Below are positions 13,440 through 26,684 of a stretch of 64,000 nucleotides of DNA, in pieces. The position numbers were made by a program, and so were the translations under genes. Source of the stretch: Lama guanicoe (Eukaryota); contig MU057350.1 of the NCBI GenBank assembly GCA_013239625.1, positions 2,294,001-2,358,000 on the forward strand. The letters run 5' to 3'. A model generated the notes under the pieces. It did no database searches. It was not told the origin of the DNA and saw only the letters and a program-made list of their open reading frames with translations. Position 1 is the stretch's first letter; the number at the start of each line of letters is the position of its first letter.

Positions 13440-13640
13440 CTCTCACCTATGTCTCTTGTCCCTTCCTCTTCACTCTCCATAAAGCTTATCTTGGAAGCCA
13501 GCCACCATTTGCCATGTGACAGTAAGGTGTGTGTAATCCATGCTTTGATGGGTTTGTGTTTATAACACAAATACATGGAGTTGTCACTGAGGCAGGAATT
13601 GCTTGCTATCAGGAGGGGCATCCTGAACGGGGATTACCGA
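13440..13640. promoter_or_regulatory. Candidate distal mesodermal enhancer (DMME-like)
   Basis: CDX, GATA, T-box, TCF/LEF, FOX and ETS motifs within ~125 bp of apparently non-repetitive DNA. Confidence 0.45.
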
Positions 13641-14559
13641 GGCTGGCCTGTGGTTAGATTGTCTTCACACAGCATTCTCTCCCTCTTCATAACTATACCT
13701 TCACTTCTGAAAGTCCCACTTAGTTTTTGCTTTTGTTATTTTCTTTTCTACACTCAATCCTTCTGTGCATAAACTTTTGTTTCATCCCAAGAAAAAAAAG
13801 CTCTTCCAATTTCAGGGGTGGCGGGGTAGAGGTGAAAACAAAATGAAACGGAAAGCTGTTCAGATAACCCAGGAGAATTTTAAGACCCCTTTGTTATAAC
13901 AGTCCTTTTATGTTTGAAATATTTATTGGGCCTCTTCCTGGTCACGATCGGAAGGGAAACGTGAATTGGTGCCCTCCAAGTTGCTCGGGCAGACAGAAGA
14001 GTACATGTTTACAGTCAAGATGGTGCTTGATCTTGGAACGACAGGAAATGATTTTGAAAATCCAGATAAACTATTTTATCCTGGAAAGCATACATGCCAA
14101 ACACAGTTTAAAGTAAACATAAGAATCCTTGCGTTGTGCCCCATGGATAAAGTGTTGGGAGAAGCTAACACTTCTCCAGATTAAGGACAATTTGGTGCAA
14201 CAGTTGTCTCTAAGTGATTTGTTTTGCCTGTGTAAGCTTTTAGATTTCCATAATGGAACAATGCATAGCAAAACAGTGGAATTTGTTTGAATGATTGAAT
14301 GAATGGCATAGCTCCTCCCCTACTCAACAACTTCTGAAATTTGAATCCTTATGCTAAAATTTGTGAGCGCCTTCAAGTGCATCACAATAGACTTGATCTC
14401 CACTTTAGGTAGTAGTTTTGTACTGGTTTAATACCGGTTCCCTTCCAGACAGGGTGAAGCTGCTATCTTAGCTCCATTTTTCTCTCTAAGAAAGTTTTTT
14501 TTTTTAATTTAAGTTTGTATAGAACTTAAATATAGGACAATATTATTTTAAAGTTTATA

Positions 14560-15470
14560 AAGATGAATGCTCTGGGAAATCATTGAGAAAAGTTTTGAAA
14601 AAGAAGATTAGGGAGAGGGAATATCCCACCAGATTTTAAAATTTGCTATAAAACTAACAATAAAGCAATGTAGTGTTCATCTGTAGATCAGGGAAATGAA
14701 AGAGAATCTGGAACATATCCAAGTGTATATGCTCACTTTATATTGTCAAAAGGGGCATTTTTGACTGAAAAAAATGTTTAATAAATGGTGTCAGGACTTT
14801 TCAACCAGGTCAGTTAACAGCATTTAATGAGAATTTACTATGTGCCAGGTACTGTTCTAAGATCTTTTCATGTATTAACTCAATCCTCAATACAGCCTTT
14901 TGAGATATAAACTGTTATTATCCCCATCTGAAGATGAAAAGAACTGAAGCACAGGGAGGTTTAGTAACTGGTCCAAAGTCACACAGCTAAGTGGTAGAGT
15001 CAGGATTTCAGCCCAGGCAGTAAAATCAGATCATTACCTGGTTCATGCTATGGTATGAAAACTGAAATTCCAGATGGATTAAAAATCTAAATGTATAAAA
15101 TAACACCTTTATAATATCATTACACTATAAAAAGATAATCCAGAGGACCAGTTAAATAATGTTGAAATTCGATAGACTTTCTTAAGCAAGACAGAAATTC
15201 CAGAAGTAACAAAAAACATTGATCTCACAATATTAAAAACAAAACCAAAAATTTCTATTAAGAGGATACTATGAGCAAAATCAAAAGCCCAATGATTACC
15301 CAAGAGGAAATAGATTCGCAATACATTTGACAGAAATAGAGTTTATATCTCTACTCCACAAAACACTTGTATAATACGACATTTTAAAAAAAGTCCAATT
15401 GCAAAATGGGCAATAGATATGAACTGGCAATTCACAGGAGATAGGATGCAAATAGGCAATAAATAGGTAA
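14560..15470 (+). mobile_element. Degenerate old L1 (ORF2 3' region) with a minus-strand MIR inserted at ~14815-15025
   Basis: ATAAATGGTG, AATTCCAGATGGATTAAAAATCTAAATGT, AAAATGGGCAATAGATATGAACTGGCAATTCACAG; internal MIR core CCCCATCTGAAGATGAAA...GTCCAAAGTCACACAGCTA. Confidence 0.7.
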
Positions 15471-16587
15471 CAGTGGCAACATGCATGGTGCTAATAGGCT
15501 CTTGGGGAAACTCCCAGTTGTTCTGTTTGATTTGGTTTTGGCCAAGGAGCTAAAGTTTTCCTTTAAGTTCTTCCTCCCCCTCCCCCTTTCTGATACCACC
15601 CCACCTTCCACCCCTATCACTTTTCAAGATGTTTAAGTTCCTTGTCCTCCGTTCAGAGAGTCAGCACTGCTGGGTGGAGGCTGTTGGTATCTGGGGAGTG
15701 AGGTGTTGAAAGTGCACACTTGAGAGCTACCTAGCAGTGGTTTCCTGCTGCTCTGTTTCCTGCTCCTCTTAGCAGAAGACATTTCTCCTTTCCACGTCGT
15801 GACCTGGAATCCTTTCCATCCCTTTCTCTGTCCCTAGTTATGATGGATCTTCTGTCTCCAATTTCTGCCTTCAAGCCAGAGTCCTATCTAGCCTTTGGGA
15901 GAGGAAAAGCAGGCACTGAGGTCTTTCTGTTCTACACTTGGGCCTGAGGCTTCTTTAAGTCTTTGTTTTAGCTTATACTGGGGTGGTGGGGGGTGGGTGG
16001 TAGAAAAATAACTATCAGTGTTCAAAAGTACCCGTGAGAGAACATGGAAAATGTGTAGTATCTCACATTTTGAGATATTATGTTGCCAGAGGTCTATGTT
16101 TTTAACTTCTCTAGTACTCAAGAAATGCAAATAACAATGAAATGACCATTGGGTGTTTTTTGGCTCATTAGATTGGTCAAAGTTTAAAATATTGATAACA
16201 TCCAATATAGGCCAAAGCTGGGTGAAAAGATACCCTTATATATTGTTGGTAGAAGAATTGCTGAAACTTCCTAGGAATCGTTAAAACATGTCTGTAACCA
16301 TTAAAATTTAAATTGACATAAGCTATGAACTAGCAGTATACATCTACCAATTGAGCCCAAAGAAACAAAAGCACCAGGCACATGGATTTACTTACAAGAT
16401 CATTTATTGCAGGATTTTTTTTTAATCAAAGGGCTCTAGGCAATTCAAATGCCTATCAAAGAATAACTGAATAAATTATAGCACATTATATAATAGAATA
16501 TCATATAGCTACATACAACCAAGGATATCTTAACTCTAGCAAATAAATAAAACTTTCACTTTGTAAAAAAAATAGTAAGAGTTTTAA

Positions 16588-16754
16588 GATTATACTGTAC
16601 AGCACAGGGAAATATTTACACGATCTTACGGTAGCTCACAGAGGAAAAAATGTGACAATGAATATATATATGTTCATGTATAACTGAAAAAATGTACTCT
16701 ACACTGGAATTTGACACAACATTGTAAAATGATTATAACTCAATAAAAAATGTT
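16588..16754 (+). mobile_element. Young 5'-truncated L1 3' end with perfect TSD
   Basis: ACTGTACAGCACAGGGAAATAT...ACATTGTAAAATGATTATAACTCAATAAAAAA flanked by AAAAAAATAGTAAGAGTTTTAA at 16566-16587 and 16755-16776. Confidence 0.85.
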
Positions 16755-17429
16755 AAAAAAATAGTAAGAGTTTTAAATATGGTAAATATGTTTGTTTTGT
16801 AAGTGTAAAAAGTATGAAAGATCTATACACCACACTGTTAATTTAAGGCAAGCGTCATAAAGCTCAGTGACTCTCGGGACCAGGCAGACTGTAAATGAAG
16901 CAGAGTGGACACTGAAACGTCTGTAGGAGTAAGAAAGGATTATTATTAGTCTTAGGGTCCTAAGAAAATGGCAGAGGATGGGTTCCAAAGCACAGAAGAA
17001 AGGATTATGTTAGGTTCAGAAGAAACAAAAATAGGACAAGAATGGATGTAGGAAGGTTGACATGATAGTAGGAGATGAGGCATTCCAACCGATGGCTTTC
17101 CTTTTCCCCATAATGTTGGAATAAAGGGTTTGAAGGGAGTAAAGAAGGCTTGGAGAAGGTTTTCTAGAGAATGAGAAAGAAAAAAGAAGGATTGCATAGG
17201 TCCATTTAAGGACAGTGAGCATTAATTTGGAGTTGAACCATCATATCCTTTTTTTAGATTGGTATGAGCACCAGAAACTGTATGAAAAAAGAATAAAAAT
17301 TCCTAGTAAAGTAGAAGGTAAGATTTTTTACTTTTCTAGGAGAAAAACTCAGAAGTACCATATTAGGAAAAATCTCAAGAAATGTAAGGAGTTACTTGCT
17401 CTTTCACAGTAGAATTTTTAGTTATGGAA

Positions 17430-18100
17430 TTTTTTAAACAGCTTTTTTGAGATAGGGTTTATATACTATGCAATTCAGCCACCTAAAGCATACAATTCAG
17501 TGGAATTTAAGATCTTTGCATATATATGCAACCTTCACCACAATCAGTTTTAGAACATCCTTATCTCCCCCTCGCCCCGAGGAAATCTATACCCTTTAGC
17601 CATCATCCTCCCCTCCCCTCCCCCAACTTTTCCATCTTCCCACTCTCCCCTACTCCCCGCCCCCCACCTTCCCTGCCAGCCCTAGGTAACCTTAAATCTA
17701 CTTTCTGTCTCGATTGATTTGCCTATTCTGGACATTTCATATAAATGGAATCCTACAACACGTGATTCTTCATGACTGACTTCTTTCATTTTGCATAATG
17801 TTTTCAAGGTTGATGCATGTGGTAGCATGTGTCAGTACTTCTTCCCTTCTTATTGCCCAATGATATTCCATCGCACGGGCACATCACTTTTGATTTATCC
17901 ATTCATCAGTCCATGGGCATTTGGGATGTTTCCACTTTCTGGCTGCTATTAATAATGCTGCTAGTAGCATTCTTGTACAAGTTTTTGTGGGGACATATGT
18001 TTTCATTTCCCTAGAGTACACACCTAGAGGTGGAATTGCAGGGTCAAAACAGGAACTCTAGGCTTAGCCTTTTGAGGAACTGTCAGAATGTTTCCCCAAA
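17430..18100 (-). mobile_element. L1MB/L1MA-like 3' region
   Basis: GATTTGCCTATTCTGGACATTTCATATAAATGGAATC...TCCATTCATCAG...CCTAGAGGTGGAATTGCAGGGTCA. Confidence 0.8.
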
Positions 18101-18714
18101 CATAGAATTTAGAACTAGATGGGATCATAGAAATTATTAGAGATTTTTAAGACATCTCTAACTGTAAGTAATTTAACCACAGTCAAAAAGCAAATTAGTG
18201 ATAGACAAGAATCTAAATTCTGATCTTTTTATTTCTGTAACTTTTTATATTAAACATTTTAAATTTCTTTACACATGTACTTACACATATATATTGATTT
18301 CCATTAATATGATTTTAAACATGATTAGGTATCAACTTTTGGATTTCCTTTCCTTTTTTTATGTTTATCTTCTTCCTCCCTCCCACATTACCTTTGTGCC
18401 CTCCACAAGGTAATTAATACCAACAACCTAAAAAAATGCTCTGTCATAGTTTCTCCATGGTAATATAATCCTACACACACACATACGGAATTTTTGTCAC
18501 TATTTCATAAAAATGGGATCATGTTATACTATTTTTCTGCACGTTGCTTGTGGAATTCCATCCAAGCCAACCAGTATACCTTTATTTTTATTTTAAGTGC
18601 CTGCAGAATACTTGGTGCTGTGGATATGTTATAATTTGTTGAGCCTGTCATTGAGTGTTCACTCACTGTTTCTGGTTTTATTTTGATTTGTGAGTGGACA
18701 GTGATGCAGTGAAC

Positions 18715-18872
18715 ATCCTTGCTGCTCAGGTGTGGTCCATGCACCAGCAGCAGTGGCATCACCAGGAGCTTTATAGACAGACTCTGAGGTTCCAGCCCTG
18801 CTCCACTGAATTTGAATTTGGATTTTAACAAGATCCCTGGGAGATTCAGATTCACATTGAAGACTGAAGACT
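18715..18872. mobile_element. MER5-like MITE inside a degenerate L1
   Basis: GTGTGGTCCATGCACCAGCAGCAGTGGCATCACCAGGAGCTT...TTTTAACAAGATCCC. Confidence 0.65.
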
Positions 18873-19942
18873 GACCTGGTACATATGACCTTTCAGACAA
18901 GTCTATCATTTCTATAGTTAGATTCCAAGGAGAGAAATCTAGGGCAAAAGGATATACCTGCTTTCAATTTTAAAAGATGCTTTAGCTGACCGCTTCCTTT
19001 AAAGACTGTAGCACATTCGACTTCTACCAGCACTGTTTGAGAATTTCCTTTTTCTCATGTTCCCATTAGCAGTGAGTGTTGATGCTGAGATTTCAAAGGG
19101 AATTTGCTGTGAGAGGAATATTTAGGTTTTGTTTGACTTTTCCCATGTAATTGAGCAAACTATTCATCAGATAGTATTATTAGAATTGTACCAATTTCAA
19201 ATGCTGGATTTCTAAGTCAAATGATAGAAGAATCAAAATTTCAAAAATAGTAAAGAACGAAGATGCAACTATTGTAACAGAAAACTTCTCTACCCTTCCC
19301 TGGTGCTAACATGAGGGAACGGGTACCCAGGAGAGTGATCACCTGCCACGCTGGATGTTGTACAGTGCCTTGTTCCCACTTTTTGGCAATGTTTTCAGAT
19401 AAATGTTTGGGAGAAAGGGTAAAATACAGTAAAGGTTTACACACAGTCTGCTCAATCCCAGAACTAATCAGGGAATTGTAAATTAAAGCACCATGTTTTG
19501 CCCATCATATTGGAAGATTTTATTTTATTTTTGGCATATATTAAAATATTAACATTGTTCAATGGGAGTAAAGGTGTGGAAAAACAGACAAGCTCATAAA
19601 CTGGTGAGAGTGTAAGTTGATAATATCCTTATAGGGAATGGTATGGCAGTTTATGCAAGACATTTCAGTGTACGTAGCTTAGGACTCAGCAAGGTAGGAA
19701 TCTGTCTTACAGAAATAGTCTTACATGAGAAAAAAGACATATTAAAGGACGTCCATTGAAAATTTGAGACCACTTAAATGCCCATCAATAAGGAGATGTA
19801 TTAACATATTTTGCTGTATTGATAATGTCTATATCTGGTCTGGAAAGTTCTACAAAGTGTATAGCTAAGCAAAAAAAACCCTCAAGTCTCTATATGAGGT
19901 ATTTTGTACAATCCACTTTTGGAAGTGGTCACAGAAAAGGGG

Positions 19943-19975
19943 TGTGTGTGTGTGTGTGTGTATGTGTGTGTGTGT
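19943..19975. repeat. (GT)n microsatellite
   Basis: Direct inspection. Confidence 0.9.
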
Positions 19976-20109
19976 ATCACATCTACATATATAATAGGAA
20001 AACACAAACCAACCTGCTAGCAGTGGTTACCTCTGGGTGTGTGTTGGGCAGAAGGATTGGTGGTTGGAGTGGTGGTGGAGGAGTAACACGTACTATTTCC
20101 TAAACAACA

Positions 20110-20335
20110 ACAATGATAATTGTTACCATTTATGGAGCACTTATTGTATGTCCGGCACTCTGCAAAAAATTTTGCACGAATAATCTTAATCCTGACAACC
20201 ACCTGATGAGGTATTATTGTTATTATCTGAATTTTGCCACTCAGTTGACTGAGTTATAATCAGGTAATTTGCTGAGGTGATGCAGCCAGAAAGTTGTGGT
20301 GTTGGATTCGGAACCAAAGTAGTCAGACGCTAGAG
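20110..20335 (-). mobile_element. MIR
   Basis: CCATTTATGGAGCACTTATTGTATGTCCGGCAC...TTAATCCTGACAACCACC. Confidence 0.65.
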
Positions 20336-20353
20336 ACTGCTCAGAACCTCAGT

Positions 20354-20513
20354 NNNNNNNNNNNNNNNNNNNNNNNNNNNNNNNNNNNNNNNNNNNNNNN
20401 NNNNNNNNNNNNNNNNNNNNNNNNNNNNNNNNNNNNNNNNNNNNNNNNNNNNNNNNNNNNNNNNNNNNNNNNNNNNNNNNNNNNNNNNNNNNNNNNNNNN
20501 NNNNNNNNNNNNN
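20354..20513. other. Assembly gap
   Basis: Run of N. Confidence 1.
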
Positions 20514-23500
20514 TTTCATCTATCTCTTCTGCCACACTAAGGTTCTCAAGCCACCAAAGAGAAAATTAAGTCAGTTTTCTATTTACATCATTGAGGTACA
20601 ATATAATTTATGAAAACACACCGTGTTTTTCAGAAAATAACACAATTGACAGATGATGTCATTGGTTCTGATTCTTTATCAGTGTAACGGAGCATTGCCT
20701 CATTCCAGGACATTTGTGTGATGGCCTGATTGTAGCTCTCTGGATGGAATAGAAAATGAGACCCAGGACAATCCGTCCCCCTAGCTGGCCACTGACCCAC
20801 AGAACCAAATATTTCATAACAAGAAGAAGACATCACTGATCCTCTCCCTTATTTTCCTAATGAAGATGCTCTCCTTTATTTCCACCAGAATGTCTGAGTA
20901 GCAGAATTGGTATTGAAATCAGGTTTTCTGACTTTGGGTTCAGTGTTCTTTCCACAACTTTATGATTTGGGATTTATGACACAGCTCTTAACTTCCTGTA
21001 GGATGTAACCCGGCAGATGGATACACAGTGCTGACCCATTCCTGTATGTGGAGCCCCCAGATTTGTATACCTTTATCTCAAAGGAAAGAAAGGACTGAAC
21101 AGCCAGAGTTGAATGACGTTTTATCACCAACCTTAAAGGTTTGGCCACTATGCTTTCCTTAAAAATTATAGGGGTCCAGCGCAGTTCCTAGGGGTTATGT
21201 TTAGCTATGTAAATCAACTACTAGCTGGTTTTTACAGAGACTCCCTCCAAAAATTTTGTTCCTGTTGAACAAGAAAACCAGGCAGTGTGGTTAGGTGATG
21301 GAGTGGTCAGACAATGGCTGGACATGAAGCGAGTCATCTGCAGAAGACATGGGCAGCCTGATGAAGCACAGCGTTGGGTCCAGGACATAGAGATGGGCAG
21401 GATGTCACTGTCAGCTAAGCTCATGTGCAGGTGACTGCCCCTGGACATAAAAAAAGGTCAAGGGTCAGGAAACATGTGGACCCTGAGGAGAGCAGAGAAA
21501 GTATTGAGTCTAAACCACTTTTCCTGATTTTATTCACGCCAAGAGGAAGGCAAAGGGCTGCGTCAACTAACTTTCCCTGAACTGGTGCATCAGCAGAACC
21601 AACTGTGCCTCTCCCACTTACCTCCTGATCCCAAACACGGGGTTCATAGTCATCCAGCTGCCCCATTCGGAGCTCCAGCAGGCAAAGGAGAAGAAATGCC
21701 ACTTGGATGTCTGGGACTCCTCCATCCTGCTCAAGGCTGACAGCTGTCACAGAATGTCAGTAACTAACAGAGCATCGTAGCAACATGTTTCCTGCTTCTT
21801 AAACCTTTAGCCTCGCAGTGTATAATCAGTTCTATGAGCATGTGTTGGTTCAGCTTTAGAATTCAAGCTTCTGAATCTTTGAACCATTCATTAGTACCAA
21901 AAAGTCAAAGTAGTCGTCCATCTACAGCTTGAGGAAAATTTGATTTTCTGTGAGGGAATGACCAGTAACCATCAATAAAAAAAAAGTCTGTGTATAGTGA
22001 CCATTCTTCCTGCCTAATGGTTCCTTTTTATAACCCTTTTGTTAATATCCTGACTCACTTTGAGTGGATATCTCTAGGGCATTTGTTGGCAAAGCAGAGT
22101 ATCTGAAAAACAAAAATGTCAGTGTTACATATGTACATATAGGTTGAACTATTTTTAAAATATAAATGTGATATATCTTTTTAAAAACTCCACTGGCACA
22201 GAAAATAATAAAGTAAAATATAGAAGTCAGCCACTGATCTCACAGGCATCGTGTTGTTGACAATTTCTCACACTGCCTCCTGGACTTGGTTGGTGTATGA
22301 GGTGCATTCAGGGGGTACAGATGTCCTTTCTTGTTTTAACTAAATGGGATCATATGCAACAATGCTGCTAGGTGGGCAGTTTGCTCTTTTCCATTAGCAA
22401 TATATTTAATTCCTCCTTATTGATGGATATTCAGGTTGTTTCCATTTTTCAAAACCTTTTAATCGTCTAATGAATATCCTTGTTATAGGCAATTTTGCAG
22501 ACTTGTGCATGTATATCTTCAAGTTATTACATTTTGGTGCTTGTTACCAAAAGTTCTCAAAAGCAAAATTTTGAAAACTGGAAACAGCTCGAAGGCAAAA
22601 ATAATAAGACATATCCCTAGGTTTATCCTCTTTAGTCTCTGTCCTCAACCGTGACTGCTAGATCACTGAGAGCTGACGATGGGAAAAGAAGAGAAGCAGA
22701 AAAGAAATATACTTAGGAAATATGGACAAGGGTTTTCTTGGGTGTTTTTAGTTCAGCTCTTAGGAGAGATGTGACTTGGTAATTTTTATCCTGGTAAAGT
22801 ATTTAGAAGAAAGTGATTTCAGGTGTCACAAAATAAGTTATTTTTTTCTTCTTCAAGTCTCATCACCTCTGAGGTTTTCCAGTTTTTTCTATCCCTCAGT
22901 TCTTGTTTCTTCTAAGAAATTCATATGATACTGCTGGCTCTGTAAATTTGACATGCTGTGCATTTAGCCGGAGAGATTTAGTTTCTAATGTACATAGTGT
23001 GACTTGCTAGTCTTCTAAAGCCCTTCAAGGAAAGCTCCTCCCTCTCTCCGCCCCTTGTAGCACCTCTGCAGCAGCATCAATGCTTTGCAAATGGTAGTGA
23101 GTAGTTAGTCATTTTATAAATTAATTTCTCTAGACTCCAGAGCCCTACCTTATTTTTATTCAACACAATCTGATGAATAAAGGAAGTATTTTTTCCACAG
23201 CCCCTTCCTAAGGTGGACCAGTGCTTGGCATCCCATTAGCATTTCCCAATCTGTGTTTCCAAGGTCTGGGTGGACCACAACACAACATTTTGATAGACAA
23301 TGACCATGAACCTTTGTTTTGTTTCCTTTCACAGGTCAGGTGGCCTTGGCTGGCACATAAGTAGAAACAGATGTCGAGAAGGGTAAGGAGGTACGTGGTG
23401 CCAATGTCTCAATTCTGGGAAAAGGAAACACTTCACAGAGAATAGGTGCCACCTGTAGGGGTGACAGTCTGCCAAGCGAAACCAGTTTGGCCAAAGATAG

Positions 23501-24884
23501 CTAAAAATAATTCCCAAGGGTATAAGGTAATGTTTGTTTATACATGAAATTAAATGAGGGTGTGTGTGTGTGTGTACGTGTCTATGTCTGTGTGTGTACC
23601 TGGTGCTGCACTCCAGAGACGCCTGTTGACCTATTTATGGATTCCAATTGTTGAAAGAACACTTTTTATTTAATATTTGACCTGTTCTGAAGAACAGAGT
23701 TGTTAAATTTGTTTCGAACAGGCATAAAAGAAAGAATTTTAAATTTCCTTGTTTTCAGCCATCTCACTGAGCTTTGTTAAGCTATCCAGCAAGGATTTGA
23801 GGCTTTGAAGAACTATGCAACTTTACACAATGATTAAATATTACTTAAATTTTCCTCCTAGCAGAATTTAGTTACGTTTGGGGGATTAATTATACACAAG
23901 GCCATTGGATGGAATTTACTACAAAAGCCCTGTCTCTTTGGGCAAGTTACTAAATGTCTTTGTGCTTGAGCTTCCTCATCTGTAAAATGGGCATAATAAT
24001 TGCACATGTCTCATGGGGTTACTGAGAAGAGTGGATGTTCTAAGAAAGTCACAGTACATGTCACATGAGGTGTCATTGGTTACTGCTACACTTTGCTACC
24101 ACTACTGATGCCATTATGACAACCACCAGTCTCTAGTCTTTCATCTTTTTCTCTCCACCTTTTCTCCTGTAATTCACAAAGACCTTCAATAATTTAATGT
24201 AATCATGAGATTCCACTGAAATTTGTGAAATATTTCCTAGATATTCCCATATCCATAATTTTCCTTGATGTTAGAATTTAAGTCATGAGGCCAGATGTCA
24301 TGGGAAGATCACCATATTTGAAGTGACTTGGATCTATTTATCACTTACTAGCTTAGTGACCTTGGGAAAGTTGCCACATTCTTCTGGGCTTCTGTTTCCT
24401 CAACTGTAAATGGGGGTAGGTCTATGAACGAGATGATTTCTAAGGTCTCTTTTGGGAGAAAGTTGAGAGGACTTGGATTGTAAGATCAAGATGTAGAAAA
24501 AACACTGTAATATTTGATACTGCCAGCTGAACTCAACTGTTAATTTAATTTACCACAGCAAAGGTAAAAATAATCTGTTACAAATGAAACAGCTTAGATC
24601 AAAATTGAACAAAATATCCTATAAAATTAATAAACAGGATTAAAGATAAGGAATCAGGCTATAAAGTCTTCAATGGCAGAGACAATGCATTAATATGTAT
24701 CCTTATATCTCCAGAGGCTAGCCACCTGGTACATGATAGGTATTCAAACAAAGATTGCCAAAATGAAACAAACAGAAGTTAGAGTCAGTATAGCTTGAAC
24801 TAAATAAAGTTCTGCTTGGATTGGACCCAGGATTTAATTGTGAGAAAGCTTGAAATTTCTGAATATTGAGTCTTTATATTAAAG

Positions 24885-25380
24885 CAGAAGTTCTTTTGTG
24901 GGTGTTGGACCAACATCATCATTATCACATGGGAATTTACTAGAAATGCAGATTCTTGGGCTCTACCCTAAACCTACTGCATGAGAAACTCTAAGGATGG
25001 AGTCTAGCAATTTGTTTCTTTGTTAGTGGTTTTTAGATAGACTTTATTTTTTTAGAGGAGTTTTAGTTTCCCAGCAAAACTGGGGAGAAAGTTCAGAGTT
25101 CCCATATACCCACTTTCCCTACACATAGCCTCCCCAACTGTCAACATCCCCCACCAGAGTGGTACATGTTTTATAATCTATGAAGCTGCATTGACACATC
25201 ATTATCACCCCAAATCCCTAATTTACATTAAGTTTATTCTTGGTGGTCTACATTTTATGGATCTTGACAAATACATGACATGAATTCACCATTACAGTAT
25301 CATATAGAATAGTAAGTAATCTGTGTTTTAAGAAGCCCTCCAAGTGATTCTTATGCACATTAATATTTGACAACCATTGC
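24885..25380. mobile_element. MER5A-like MITE interrupted by a minus-strand L1 3' end (~25025-25312)
   Basis: TAGAAATGCAGATTCTTGGGCTCTACCC...AGCAATTTG | L1 | AGTAATCTGTGTTTTAAGAAGCCCTCCAAGTGATTCTTATGCAC. Confidence 0.7.
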
Positions 25381-25822
25381 ATTACAGGATAGAATTTTTC
25401 AAAGCTAAATTGAAGACATAGCCAAGAAATTAAGCCCACATCTAAACTGAAGCTGTAATTGATTTATCCTACTCTCCTCTAAATACACATTTGGATGCTA
25501 ATGATTAGTATGCTCTTTAAAAGGATTTGGAAACTTTCAATGTCTAAACTTCTGCTTCCCTCTTTGCTGAAATTTTAGGGTACGCTTTTCTCTAGCATAT
25601 TCGTTGGGAAGTAGGATAGAGCTGTGGAAAGGACACATTTATTTTATTATTGAAAGTTTCAAGCATATACAGAAGAGCAGAGAAAAGTTTAGTAAATCCC
25701 TACATACCCATTGCTAAACTTCAGTAATTATCAACTGCTGGTCTATCTTGTTTCATCTATATTCACATTCATTCCTCTCTTCATTCCAAATTATTTTTAA
25801 GCAAATTCAATATAATGGTATC

Positions 25823-25859
<37 letters not shown>
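25823..25859. repeat. (TA)n microsatellite
   Basis: Direct inspection. Confidence 0.9.
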
Positions 25860-26680
25860 TCATTCCAGAAAAATAGAAGAGAAGGGAACACTTCCCAACT
25901 GATTTCATGAAGCTACCACTGCCGTGATTTAAAAAGAAAAAAGAAAATGATATTACAAGGAAAGTAAACTATAGACCAATATCCCTTTTAAACATGGATT
26001 AAAAAATCCTTATTATCAAATCAAATCTTACTATATATAGAAAAGATAGCACATCATGTCCAAGTGGTGTTTATCTCAGGAATGCATGTTTAGTTCAACA
26101 TTCAAAAATCAATAAATGCGATTCACCAGAACAACTGCACCATTGTCTCAACATACTCAGAAAGAGCATTTGACAAAATTCAACACACATTCATAATAAC
26201 TTCCAATAAATTAGAACTAGGAGGGACCTTCTTCAGCCTGATAAAAGGAATCTATGAAAAACTTATACTTTCATACTTAATGATGAGGGACTGCTTCTCA
26301 AGCATGGGTATGAGGCAAAGATTTCTGCTCTCATCACTTCTATTTGCCATTATATTGGAGATCCTAGCCTGTATGAGAAGACAACAGATGAAAAGTATAG
26401 ATCAGAAAGGAAGAAATAAAACTGTCTTTATTCACAGAAACATGATTATCGATAAAGAAGACCTCAGAGAAATCTACCAAGAAGCTACTAGAACTTCTAT
26501 GTAAGTCTAGCAAGGGCATAGGTTACTAGAACAACACAAAAATTGTGTTTTTATATGGTAGCAAAAAACAATTAGAAATTACAGTGACATCAATGAACAT
26601 GAACTACTTCGGGATAAATCTATCAAAATGTGGTCAAGATTTGGATGCTAAAAATCAGACAACAGTAGTAAGAGAAATCA
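25860..26680 (+). mobile_element. Degenerate L1 ORF2 (reverse transcriptase region) fragment
   Basis: AACTATAGACCAATATCCCTT (NYRPISL), GAAAGAGCATTTGACAAAATTCAACAC (E.AFDKIQH), G.RQ..LLS.LLF.I.LE.LA remnants; stops and frameshifts. Confidence 0.85.
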
Positions 26681-26684
26681 CAGT

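Noticed and set aside
26280-26504. 74-aa ORF with reverse-transcriptase-like residues
   Set aside because: Decayed L1 ORF2 fragment with stops and frameshifts.
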